Shown in pieces: positions 28,001 through 40,100 of a stretch of DNA of 64,000 nucleotides. The translations under genes and the position numbers were made by a program. The stretch is from positions 17,080,563 through 17,144,562 of the forward strand of contig OZ316894.1 of assembly GCA_973895155.1 (NCBI GenBank). The letters are read 5' to 3'. Each line of letters opens with the position of its first letter. Position 1 is the stretch's first letter. The notes beneath the pieces were generated by a model, which was not told where the DNA came from, ran no database searches, and was given only the letters and a program-made list of their open reading frames with translations. The DNA comes from Marsupella aquatica (taxonomy: Eukaryota; Plantae; Marchantiophyta).

Positions 28001-28324
28001 CTCCCTGTAAAATGAACCCCAAGGTCTCATTTTCCAACCCAAATTATTTTTTTTGCCCTGGGTTCCAACTCCCGGACAAGCCTTGGGCTCCCACTATGTC
28101 TTACAACTCCGTTTACAACAGAAAAATGCTTGGGTTGGGGGCCAAAATATGGGGACCATTGGTGGTCCGGGGGTAGCAGGTCCCCAGAAGCATATATGAG
28201 GGGACCACCTCCTCTCAAGCATCCAAGTTGGAAGGTGACACAAACCACACCACCACCCCAAGGGGGAATAGCGTTGGCGAGTAAGGAGCCAAGTAAACAT
28301 GGATGAGGTTACCAATGGGATTCC

Positions 28325-28754
28325 ATGCAAGGGGTAAGAAAAAGGCCCGTTGAAAAGTCGGCCAAGCCGTGCCATTGCCCCAAGGGGTCTCGGCATTGGG
28401 GCGGCCAAAGCCAAGTAAGCGGCCGCGGCGACTTTCAGTTAATCAACTTTAAGTCACCAAAACTTTGGGGTTACCAATTGGGGTTTGGGGATGCAAGGGG
28501 TAGGAAAAAGGCCCGTTGAAAAGTCGGCCGAGCCGTGTCGTTTCCCCAAGGGGTCTCGGCATTGGGGCGGCCAAAGCCAAGTAAGCGGCCGCGGTGACTT
28601 TCAGTTAATCAACTTTAAGTCACCAAAACTTTGGGGTTACCAATTGGGTTTGGGGATCATGCAAGGAGTGGCGAAATGTTTAGTTGAAAATTTGGCCAAG
28701 CCGTGCCGTTGCCCCAAGGGGTCTCGGCATAGGGGCGGCCAAAGCCAAGTAAGC
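28325..28754. repeat. ~166-bp tandem repeat (~2.6 copies) upstream of RepHel
   Basis: Units start 28325, 28491 and 28659 (ATGCAAGGGGTA..AAAAAGGCCCGTTGAAAAGTCGGCC...CCAAGGGGTCTCGGCATTGGGGCGGCCAAAGCCAAGTAAGC). Confidence 0.9.
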
Positions 28755-29091
28755 AAACATGGGTTAACTTAGGGGCAAGAGGCACAACTCTTGGAAGCAG
28801 GAGGAACGTCGCCAAGGTTGGGTGGGTGGGCGGGATGAGGGGGCCCTTATAGGATGTATCCTTGACGGATATTGGGCTCCTTCTAATATCCCATGTCTCT
28901 TGCGATGGTGTCCTCCAACCAGCGTTCAACTTACTTAGGGTTTGTCAAGCTTGGAATGGGGCATGTAAATTTTAATGACTCATTTAAATTAGAATGACTA
29001 ACAAAATATGTGCGTTGGATGCAGACAACGGACTATGGGCGTGAGCATGGAGTAATTAGGGCTTTCTTATGCTAAGGGTACCATTGCCAAC

Positions 29092-32000
29092 ATGCCTCCT
29101 CCCGACCAGGTATTGGCGGCTCGGCGTGAGAGGTATGCCAAAAACAAAGACGCCATTAATGAAAGGCGGAGGGCGAGGCAAGCACAGCATCGGCAACAAC
29201 AAAATGGGGTGGTTGGAAATAATGGAGGGGCTGCGCCGGGGGCTCCAACTGATGGGGTTCGGGCAGAGGTGAGTGCTCAACCAAACTTGGTTGGGCGTAT
29301 GAACAGTGGGAGACAGCTTCGTCGTGAGGCTCGGGGCCAAGGGCAAGCATTGGAAAGGCCCCATGCCATTTCCAATATTAGTGTTGGTGATCCGAGCACA
29401 TCAGTCCGCCAACCCATGGTTCCCTGTGACCCACATGTATTTGATGAAGGATGGCTCATTCAAGGTGCTTTGGATGAAAGTCAGATTCACCATCCTCCAT
29501 TGGAGTTAGCCTCCAACGCGTCCTATGAGGCAGCATCACATGTTCAGCCGGAACCTTGCCTCTATGATGAGGAGTGGCTTATCAATGGGGCGTTGGATGA
29601 TGGGGGGATTGATTGTCCGCCGGAGGAACCGATGCACACTCACACTGAAACTCATTTGTTTGATGAGGAGTGGCTCATCAATGGGGCAATGGATGGCGGG
29701 TTTGATCAACATGCGGTGGGGGAATTATATGACGTTGAGGAAGATTATGTCAACGATGGGGATGGTGAATTTGACACTTTTGTTGAGGGGACCTTGGAGC
29801 TGTCAAGTGGAGAAAGGGAACCGGATGTAGGGCCTGATGTTATGTCTGAAGTCCAGGAGAGTTTGGCAGCTGCACCAGTCACACCTGCATTGCGGAGCGA
29901 AGAAGAAATAGCGCGACGAAGACGGAGGGCACAACTAATCAGTCGTCTTCCAAAGGCGCGAAGGCCGTTGGATCCTCATTTGGCCCGACATGGTTTGGGG
30001 CGTATGGACGTGGTTTGCCACACATGTGGGGCACTTCATTGGCTTCAGGAATGCAAAAAGGGCACCGAAAACAATCCCCTTTTTAGTGCCTGCTGTGCGG
30101 ACGGCAAGGTGAAATTGCCTCCTTTTGGTGCCCCACCCGAGCCTCTGCGAAGCTTGCTTACAAGGCAAGACAATGTTGGGAAGAATTTCCGCGACAACAT
30201 AAGAGGTTATAACAATGCCTTGGCGTTTACCTCCATTGGTGCAAAAGTGGATGAGCACAATAATAGTCGAGGACCTTATTCCTTTCGTATCCAAGGAGCG
30301 TTGTACCATCTTGCGGGAAGCCTTTTGCCCCCTATAGGAGAAGGACCCAAATTTGCGCAATTGTACATTTACGACACCGCCAATGAAGTGGGGAATAGGT
30401 ACCTTCCCCAATCCCATGACCACTTGCTCTTCCATCTTGCTTAGGTACATTTTCATATATCTCCAACCCAAGTGGTTCTAATTGCTTTTGTTGCAGGCTC
30501 AACCGAATGCCGCACTTGGATCCAAGGATACTGGGTCAACTACAAGACATGTTGCATGAACATAATGGATATGTTCATCTATTTCAGAATGCAGGAAGTC
30601 GGATCGAGGGGGGCGATGTGCCAGAGGTATCTTTACGCCTCCTGGCCGAGCGCGACAGTGATCCAAGACGTTATAACAAGCCCACGGTTGATGAGATCGG
30701 CGTTGTCATGGTGGGTGATGAAGATATAGAGGTATGCCATAGGGACATCATCCTTAGGCAAACAGATGGGCATTTGCGCAGGATCTCTGAGTGGCATAGG
30801 TCTTATGCACCACTCCACTATGTTCTTCTTTTCCCGCGAGGCCAAGACGGATGGTCATATGATATCCCGTTGACAGGTTTTGAAATGAGTGACAGGGTTC
30901 TTCATCAAGCTATTACCGGGGCAAGGAGTGGACGTAACGGGTCCAAGAAGGTCACCCAACTACAATACTTTGCATACCATCTTCATGCACGATGCAATGA
31001 TGATTGGCTCCTTCATGGTGGGCGGCTCCTAAAGCAATACATTGTTGATGCCTACGCATGCATCGATCAAACACGCTTGACGTATATTCACAATAATCAA
31101 CGAAAATTGCGGACTGACCTATATTCGGGTCTTCAAGATGCCGTGCACGAGGGAGATGCACGCGCAAGTGAGTTGGGCAAGACTTTCATCCTGCCCTCGA
31201 CTTATGGTGGTAGCGCACGTAGCATGGCCCAAGCATACCAGGATGCCATGGCTGTCGTACGCACATACGACCCACCAGATCTCTTCATCACGTTCACTTG
31301 CAATCCAGAATGGCCGGAGATCAAAGCTGAGTGCTTTGAGGTTCAAAGTCCAGCCGACCGGGATGAGATTGTGGCACGATGCTTCAAACTGAAGCTAAGG
31401 GCGTTGTTAGCAGAGGTTTGCCAAGGGGTCTTAGGAAGGCCCGTTGCCTCTATGTATGTCATAGAGTTTCAAAAGCGTAGGTTGCCCCATGCCCACATGT
31501 TGATCATTTTGGCAGAGCAGCACAAGATTTGCACCCCTGACGAGGTGGATGAGTTGGTGTGTGCGGAGATCCCAGATAGAGTAAAATATCCAAGACTTCA
31601 TGAGACGATAACCAAGTGCATGGTCCATGGTCCATGTGGCATAGGTTATCCAAACTCGCCTTGCATGGAAGATGGGAAGTGCACTAAGAAATATCCTCGC
31701 GAATTCTCCTTAGAGACACAATTTGGGGACGGAGGCTATCCTTTGTATCGGAGAAGAGACAATGGCCAGTCATTCAGCAAGGACAGTAATGGATTTAGGT
31801 TTGACAATAGGTGGGTTGTTCCCTATAGCCCATACTTGAGCATGAAATACAATGCTCACATTAACGTGGAGATTTGTTGTTCCATTAAGGCGATTAAGTA
31901 CTTATACAAGTATGTATATAAGGGGCATGATCGGGCGACGGTGGAAGTTGGAGAGTCACGGGATGAAATCAAAACACATCTTGATGCCCGTTACGTGTCT

Positions 32001-34244
32001 GCGGCGGAAGGGACGTGGCGGATTTTCCAATTTAAGATGGCAGAGAGTAGTACTTCTGTCCAACGTCTACAAGTGCATTGTGAAAGGGAGCAGACAGTGA
32101 TGTTCAATGAAGATGCAAACATCATAGACGTGGTTGAAAGGGAGTCGGACAGGGACACCACTTTGACAGGATGGTTCAAGACAAATGAAATGTTTGAATC
32201 GGCACGCCATGTCACGTACACTAATTTCCCTCAAGAATGGACGTGGAACAAGGCTCTACGGAAATGGTCTCCGCGTCAGCAAGGGTTTAGCATTGGGCAA
32301 ATGTACTTTGTGGCACCATCGGCTGGGGAGAGATATTATTTGCGAGCCCTCTTGATTGTTGTCACCGGGGCTCAAAGTTTTGAAGATCTCCGAACTTTTG
32401 AGAACGTGGTGCATCCAACGTTCAAAGAGGCCGCCCTCGCGCGTGGATTGTACGAGAATGATGAAGAGTGGGATAGGTGTCTTGGCGAGGCGGGCCTCAT
32501 GCAGACCGGCTCACAACTTCGACGATTGTTCATCACCATCCTCATCTTTGGCGGCCCCACACAACCCTATGATCTGTGGACAAGTTACGCTTCAAAGTTG
32601 AGTGATGATTGTTGTCATCGCCTTCTCAACATGGGTTTTCTTGAACCCTCGGAAGAACAACAAAGGAGCTTCGCACTGTATTTAATTGGACAGGCATTGC
32701 ACACCCAAGGGAAGACGTTGGGTGAATTTGGGTTGCCCCTCCCTTCAGAATAGTTTTGTGAAGATCTGGCGAACACCAATCAATTGATACGGGAGGAGAT
32801 GTCCTATCGCCAGGAGGATTTGGAACAACAATTGGCTGAGCAGGAGCCGTTGTTGAATGTTGGGCAACGCACTGCTTACACTGCAATATTGGAGGCGGTT
32901 CGGGGTCGTGAGGCTTCCACATTCTTCATAGATGGGCCAGGAGGGACAGGGAAGACCTTTGTGGAGAATGTTCTTCTACGTAGGGTGCGGGCTGATGGGG
33001 ACGTAGTGTTGGCTGTGGCCTCTTCGGGAATTGCAGGTTTGTTGTTGGATGGAGGTCGCACAACACATTCAAGGTTTAAGCTTCCTCTCAATCCCGATGC
33101 TCAATCACTATGCAACATGAAGAAGCAAACGGAGCTTGCTGAATTGTTGCAAAGGACAACATTCATTCTATGGGATGAAGCGCCTATGGTTCATCGACAT
33201 GCTGTGGAGGCGCTTGATAGGACACTTCGCGACATAAGAGAAGACAACAGAAAGTTTGGGGGGCTGGTGGTTGCATTTGCAGGGGACTTTCGACAAGTGT
33301 TGCCAGTGAAAGCAAGAGCAAGCCGTGTGCAGATTGTGGGAGGATGCTTGAAGAAATCTCACATTTGGCACTCTATGAAAACATTCAAGCTTATGGAGAA
33401 TATGCGTGCGCGGGGTACATCCACTTCAATTGAGTTTGGGAACCAGACTTTCCAAGAATGGCTCCTTCAAGTTGGGGATGATAAATTGCCAAAGCAAGGA
33501 GCGTTAAATAACATGATTATGGTCCCGCCATCCATGACGGAGAACATTGTTGACACCGACTCCTTGATTCGTGCAATTTATCCATCATTGGAGAATATTG
33601 ATGACAAGTTCCTAAGCGAGAGAACAATATTGGCGCCAACGAACGAGGAGGCGCTGAAGATCAACAGTTCAATATTGGAAGGGCTCGCAGGAGATGCGCA
33701 CACCTTCTTAAGTATAGATCGCCCCGATCAATTGGAAGGACGTGACTTTTACCCTACTGAGTTCTTGAATACGCTAACACCTAGTGGTTTGCCTCCGCAC
33801 AAGCTGGTGCTTAAGGTTGGATGCCCTGTTATTCTTTTACGTAATGTTGACTTCACTACAGGATTATGTAACGGGACACGACTCATAGTACGTACAATCA
33901 ATAGTCGTGTCATAGAGGCGCTGGTTCTTGCAGGCAAACATGCAGGGAACATAACGTTCATACCACGTATTCCGTTGACGTCAGATGAGGGACTTCCTTT
34001 CATGCTGCGAAGAGTCCAATTCCCGGTTCGAGTGGCATATGCCATGACTATTAATAAGGCACAAGGTCAGACTTTAGAACATGTAGGATTGCAACTTTCT
34101 AAGTCGGTTTTCAGTCATGGTCAATTGTATGTTGCCTTTTCAAGAGCAACATGTCCTACAAGGATAAAAGTGTTACTTCCAGACGATGAAGATGGAGAAG
34201 CAAAGTTGACCAAAAATGTTATATATGATGAAGTTCTCTACTAA
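29092..34244 (+). pseudogene. Helitron RepHel transposase (Zn finger + HUH Rep + Pif1 helicase), one intron and one in-frame stop
   Basis: Intron 30399-30496 joins the 29092 and 30507 ORFs in frame. Motifs CHTCGALHW..CCADGKV; DLFITFTCNPEW, VIEFQKRRLPHAH, YLYKYVYKGHD; FIDGPGGTGKT, WDEAPM, GDFRQVLPV, AMTINKAQGQT, FSHGQLYVAFSR. TAG at 32751-32753 is the only break, and the 32784 ORF is in the same frame. Confidence 0.95.
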
Positions 34245-34394
34245 ATCAATAACGACCTCATCATGTGTATTCTCTTCAAAATGTATCAAGTGTGAATGTT
34301 ATTCTTTCACTTTTGTATTAACAACATCTTTTACTTCATAATGTCTTTGACTAATTATGACATGTTTTACTTATTGACCATATTGTACTCACAA

Positions 34395-34745
34395 CATTTT
34401 TATACTTAGCCAATTTTTTTCTCAACAACTTCTTGGGCAGCATAACATCTTTTCTCTCAACACCTCTTGGCCGGCACGACATCTTTTCTCTCCACGTCCT
34501 CTTGGCTGGCACAACATCTTTTGTCTCCACGACCGCTTGGCCGGCATGACATCTTTTCTCTCCATGACCTCTTGGCTGACACAACATCTTTTCTCTCCAC
34601 GACCGCTTGGCCGGCATGACATCTTTTCTCTACACGACTTTTTGGCGGACACGACATCTTTTTTTCTCAACAACATCTTGGCCAACACATTGTTTTTTCT
34701 CAACGATATCTTGGCCGACACGACATCTTAGCCGCCACGACTTCT
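34395..34745. repeat. Helitron subterminal ~35-bp minisatellite (~10 degenerate units)
   Basis: Unit approximately CACGACATCTTTTCTCTCCACGACCTCTTGGCCGG, between the helicase stop and the CTAG end. Confidence 0.85.
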
Positions 34746-35053
34746 TTTGTGCAACGCACGGGTATTGAGCTAGTCTATTATAAACATACAAATATTCTTG
34801 AGGAAAAAATTGAATTAATTTTGCTTATGCTCATTGAACAAACTACTTGAGGCGCTAGAGTAAATTGTGAAGAGCTTAGTCTATATAATTTTATTACCAT
34901 AAAGGCTAGATAAAGCATACACATACCTAAAAATACCTTGCATATTTTATATATTTTTAATTGAACTTTAAAAAAATGGTTAAAGTGACTCGCTTGAGGG
35001 AAAAAGATATTAAGAGAAGACAACAAGGCTTGCAATCAATGTTGATCTGGTTG

Positions 35054-35180
35054 GTACATGGTATCTTTGGACAAAAATGGGCAGAGGTGGTGCTTTGACA
35101 GGGTACTTCTGGATTGGTACATGGTATCTTTGGACAAAAATGGGCAGAGATGGTGCTTTGAGAGGGTACTTTTGGACAGG
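35054..35180. repeat. 63-bp tandem duplication
   Basis: GGTACATGGTATCTTTGGACAAAAATGGGCAGAG.TGGTGCTTTGA.AGGGTACTT.TGGA x2. Confidence 0.85.
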
Positions 35181-35553
35181 CCAACAAAAGTGATAATTTG
35201 ATATGCTATTTTTGGACACAAGTGCAACAAATAGTATCCAAGCATATATGTGTGTTTGAGTCAAGTACATCCAAGTTTGGTTTGTCCATGAGATTTCATA
35301 CACAACCTATCAATCCATCCTGAAGTTATGTTTTTTTGCCTTGAAAGATCATTTGGAATTCAATTCACAAGGACAGCATACATCTTAAGTTCAAGTAACT
35401 AAGATGATGTGAATAAACTAAAACAGTGACATATTTATAATTATAATAAAGCAATGGTAAATAAATTAAAACATTTTAGTGGCACATTTTTTGATGGCAG
35501 TGTAGGCAAATGCTCATATTCTAATATACCAGTGGGGGTTTGAGATACTCTTA

Positions 35554-36114
35554 GGGTGGCTTTACAAGAAGTTGGGGGCAGTTTCCACATTTTTTTTGTA
35601 TCCAAGATCTGATCAAGGCCATCCATTTGAGAGAAATTGCTGTTGTTCACTTTACAAAACCTTGGGGGCACTTTCAACCGAACCTGTTACCAATCTTACA
35701 TGGAATGCAGTGGGGCCCAATTTTTGCTTATGTGGAGCACTCTTTTGTCCTAGATTTTAGACCACCTCTCTTGGTGGTCTCTTCTTCTGGCCGCTTGGTC
35801 CATTTCTATTTTAAGTCATTTGTAATAAAAAGGAACCCACAAGTCCTTCGTAATATATTCTCTTCTCACATTTACAAAGACTTTAGCCAAAGATTAGGTG
35901 ACATTCAGGTGGAGTGGGTCCTCAATCTGTCTTTTAGTCAATTGATCTGGCACCATTGGTTGCACTTGGCTTTACAAGACCTTGGGGGCAATAAAAGGAC
36001 TCAAAAAATGCTTTTAGCCCCGGGACACTATATTTAGTGTGTGCAAATAATGGCCATCCAGTTTGGGTTGGTAAAAAAACTCCCAAGTGCCCCAGACGTA
36101 TTGTAAAGTCCTCC
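35554..36114. mobile_element. PIF/Harbinger (Tourist-like) MITE, 561 bp
   Basis: TTA flanks at 35551-35553 and 36115-36117. The 30-bp imperfect TIRs match at about 22/30. Internal copies of CTTTACAA.ACCTTGGGGGCA at ~35650 and ~35969. Confidence 0.7.
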
Positions 36115-36299
36115 TTAGATAAGGTAGTGATGCAGTGTAGATTGCAACGCGTCGAGCCAGAAGCATTTTCCTTCTTTAGCCTGTCCACGGGATGGAATGG
36201 CCACAGTCCTCACTCTCTTGCTCTCCCTCCCTTTCTTGTCAATTTCAATCTCGTCCTTCTCGCCACATTTGAAGCACCCATCGCAGACGCGCAGCTTCC

Positions 36300-36700
36300 C
36301 AGCCTCCCAGCGAAGCTGAGAGGAGCAGAACCCATCTCTCCCTCGCTCGCCAAATCTCAAAGCAACTGAAGAAGTGGTGCAGCGAGTACAGAGTAGCTTT
36401 CTTCTCTCGTCAATTCCACTCTGTCTCTCCCCAAAATTCCAAACAACGAAAGAAGAAGTGGCACAGCGAGCTCAGAGGAGCAGAGCGCGTCCCTCCCTCT
36501 TCCTCTCTCAATTTCAAGCAAGCAACGTACGAAGCGGCCCTCCGAGTAGAGAGTAGCTTTCCTCTCTCGTCCATTCCTCTCTCTTTCTCGCCAAATTTCA
36601 AGCAAGCAAACAAAGAAGTGGCCCAGCGAGAACAGAGGAGCAGAGCTCGTCTCTCCCTCTCCTCGATTTCAGTCTTTTCTCGCCAAATTTCAAGCACAGA
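36300..36700 (+). repeat. Degenerate tandem repeats in the leader of the small gene
   Basis: Recurring AAGAAGTGGC.CAGCGAG..CAGAGGAGCAGAGC, GAGTAGCTTTC.TCTCTCGTC.ATTCC and CCAAATTTCAAGCA. Confidence 0.7.
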
Positions 36701-36755
36701 GGAGAAGAGCCAGGTAGGAAGGAAGGAAGGAAGGAAAGCAGGCGAGGAATCACTG

Positions 36756-37100
36756 ATGGGATGGTTCGGAGGAGGAAAGAAGAAAGAGGAGGAAAAGGCA
36801 GAAGCCAATGTGGCGCCGAAGAAGGAAGAAGTGACCACTGTGAGTGGTGAAGGCTTCAGCAATAGCAACGGGACGCTCGAGAATTTGAAAGCGGAGAGCG
36901 TGGAGGTTCTCAGACCGGAGCCGACCGGACCACTCCCGACGGACGTGAGCGTGTTCGAGTTCGGCACCGCTGGAGCCGGCGGCGACGAGAAGCTGACGCT
37001 CGCTGGCTATTGCCCAGTGTCCGATGAGATGGAGCCCTGCCGCTGGGAAGTCTACCCGGCCGGGCAAGCGGAAGCCCCAGGGTTTCGCATTTTGTTCTGA
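36756..37100 (+). CDS. Small conserved plant protein of unknown function (114 aa, intronless CDS)
   Basis: ATG at 36756 (MGWFGGGKKKEE) with GC-rich codon usage. The C-terminus SVFEFG...LTLAGYCPVSDEMEPCRWEV...APGFRILF resembles an uncharacterised land-plant family as I recall it. Confidence 0.75.
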   Translation: MGWFGGGKKKEEEKAEANVAPKKEEVTTVSGEGFSNSNGTLENLKAESVEVLRPEPTGPLPTDVSVFEFGTAGAGGDEKLTLAGYCPVSDEMEPCRWEVYPAGQAEAPGFRILF

Positions 37101-40100
37101 ATCGCCCTCACTCGCTCTTCAATGTTGACGTGCCAGTCTGAGATGTATGCAACTTTTTCGGTCGATGTACATTTTTCATCTTATCTTCACTGCACCGATG
37201 GAGAACTGTTGAACTCGGATCTTGTCTGTTCTCTTGCCCATTCCTGCCGATTTATATCAAGTCGCTTGAGGTTCTGGCGAAGCACTAATCGCATGAATTC
37301 GGGACAGTCCTTAGTTCGTAGCACATTGTTGAGTAAAGTTGGGTTTCGTTCATAGCCGTTTTACAATCCTCGCGGAACCAGAGTAGGACGAGTTTCGTTC
37401 AATGTCCTACGACGAGGGTATGACGAATATATTCTCGACGATTAGTGAAAGGAAGGCATTTGGATTATCAGGTAAGTTTGGTTACCGTTCTACGGGGAAG
37501 AATAGTATCAACGTAGGTCGGTGAGGTTTTCTTTGAATCTTGTACTTGCCTCAGATTGAGTATTGCGAGATCACGACAGAGTTTGCTGTTTTATGCCGCA
37601 GGAAGTTAGGGTTAGAGGAGGGGACTTAGACTCAGGCCTGTCTTTTTTATATCATCGCCGAAGAATTTTTCTGTGATTTCCGCTGCCTAAAGTTTACTAG
37701 TTCTGTGTGAATTATGAATACCCCTAAAGTCTAATCACATATCAGGCCCTAACCTAGCAAACAATATGAAGAAATTCTTGCCTGAAAGCATTTTGCAGCT
37801 GAGGTTTTAGTCCTAGTCGATCCAATGGTGGGAGCAGACGTTGTTGACTGGGGAGTGAATGTCTATTTAAGGGTTAGACGAGGAACATGTTGACTTTTTT
37901 TTATGCCACGGTTTGCGAAATCAGCGTAACGTTCCTGTTTGTTGGGGAAGACTGAAGTCTCTTGTAGAAGGACGTGGAATTGGATTTCTGTGTAAGACTG
38001 GAGACTGTATGATTGATTATCCGAGCTCAGCTGCATTTTCCACCTCGTAATTGCTAATGAATTCATATATTACTTGAACACCATGAGTACTCATTCTGCC
38101 GAGCCGAATTGATACACAAAAACAGGGAAAATAAGTGCTAGGTGTCACCGATGTGGTAGTCAGTGTGTGTTCGTATAGGCGTGAAGATTAGGTGGCTGAG
38201 CAGATCAAGAAATGGTCCGATTCGGTAGAGTGCATCTTCCATTGTAGTAAACCAACCTGCAAATCGACTCAGAATGCCGTCTTCTAATCTGTTCTTAAGA
38301 AGCGCACACAGCCTGGGAAGTTTAACTGTTGTCCTGACTTTGAATTCGGAGAGCTTACCCATCTTCTGGTCACTTCTTTGCCCGTTGGGTCTCGAAAACT
38401 TCAAGACGTGTCTCCACTCTGGTGAGGAGGCTTTGCTTGAATTGTCATTCTCAGCAGGAATTGATAACAAGTTAGATGCGCTTGATATCTATCGACAATC
38501 GTCCTCCGAGTAGATGAGTAAAGCTCGAATTCGACTGGTGCAACTTGATTTTTTCGAGTGGCCACCTGAAAATGTATATGTGGGAATCGATGATGAACCT
38601 TAAATTGTGAACGTTGTTGAACGCAGCCTGTAATTCACATTGGGTTCCGGAGTTGCGACATCGTGTTCTGATTCCGGACTGGTGGACGTCTGGAGTCTTC
38701 GTCGCTGGTCTGTTGTATGTCAGCGGCATCCAACTCACCTGATGCAGGCATGAGTCTCTGAGACTGAGTCCAACTCTCAGCTGGGAACGAGGTGGATTTG
38801 TGTTTAGATTGGGATTCATTCTAGACCTGTCATATAATTACAGGAGTATCTCTGGTGAAATAACTCAGATGCATTTTCTGTTTCTTCCTCTTTGGCAGAG
38901 GCCTCCCAGGATCGATTGAGCACTACGAACTGAACAGTATACATCTTCGGCCAGTGTAACGCAGCAAAGTTTCTATGACATTTTGTTTTGGGCGTGACTG
39001 CAATCTAAATCTGCTTACTCTGGAACTGATGGGTCAGTGGGTAGAGTTTTCTGATGGGTGCTGCAGCTTGGGGACATCTAAGCTGATTGATTAGACCTTA
39101 ACCCACAATGACCAGATTCTAACCCATGTGTAACCAAGTTGTAATCACGGACTGGCAATTCTAAGTTGAGATACATAGCAATTACTGTTTGTGCTTCAGA
39201 AATGCTGTAGTGCCTATCTGGGAAATTCTACAATCTTAGCCGTCTGTCTCGAACATGTATGTGGCGAATTTGTATTTTTTTATTTTGAGTTTTTTATTTA
39301 TTCAGACTATGCTGTTAATTAGGCACGATCTTTGTAACACTCGACTAACCTTAACCGCAACTTAGTATTGTACTGATCCGAAGTCTTGACCTTAACTCCG
39401 TTTGTAGTCCATCTCTTTGGATGCGTTGAGTTCCCATCACATTCCTTCAAAAAGGCTGAGACCTGAGACCACAGTGTTCTCAATATCAAGATTGAAGCAC
39501 TTAGATTAGAGAACTTACATAAATATATGGAAAACGAGACAACTGCTCGAGTTCGTCATGTTAAATTCTGGGAGTACGAACGCTATTACATCTTCTGGCG
39601 CACTTGAAATTCTTGAGATAGAGAAGTGAATTTTTGAATTGATGCGAGTTATCTACTTGAACATTTGTGTTGAGTGCGTACAACAGCACCCAAGGAAGAA
39701 ACGATATGAGGGAAAATTTGGAACCGAGGCAATTGGGTGTTGTTTCCATCCAACAACACCTGATTGGATGGAAACAATAAACACAGAGCTGCCAGCAAGG
39801 GTGGTGTTACTTATTTTATTTCTCGCCACATCCATAGGGTCGATGCTTAACAACTTCTAGCAGCAAGTATAAAGAAGGGTTGCGGAGGACAAAGATGAAG
39901 AGCAACAGATCCATGCATGCTTTCAAACACTTTTATTCAAAGTTTACTCTTGGAGACAACAGATATCTCCATGCACTCAAAAAGTACAATCTGATGCCTT
40001 ATGGAGATCATGAGGTTAGCGACTAACCACAATACTTCCCTATTTATTGGAACTGCCATGATTCGTTCAGCTCATGTATAAAGTATGTAAGATGATCTTG

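Larger units (their letters stand above)
26739..34773 (+). mobile_element. Autonomous-type Helitron; 3' end firm, 5' end tentative
   Basis: 3' terminus GTGCAACGCACGGGTATTGAGCTAG|T (hairpin, then CTAG at 34770-34773) and a RepHel gene inside. A candidate 5' A|TC at 26739 sits just before the GC-rich segment; this boundary is low certainty. Confidence 0.8.

Noticed and set aside
26634-28037. Many overlapping ORFs on both strands
   Set aside because: GC-rich low-complexity DNA lacks stop codons by composition, and no domains are recognisable.
34395-34745. CRISPR-like array of ~35-bp units
   Set aside because: Units are contiguous and degenerate with no unique spacers and no cas genes, in a eukaryotic Helitron subterminal context.
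36410-36967. 185-aa minus-strand ORF
   Set aside because: Antisense shadow of the small plus-strand gene and its repetitive leader.
38138-38819. ORFs of 110-115 aa on the minus strand
   Set aside because: No motif or consistent splice structure; probably UTR or intergenic DNA.
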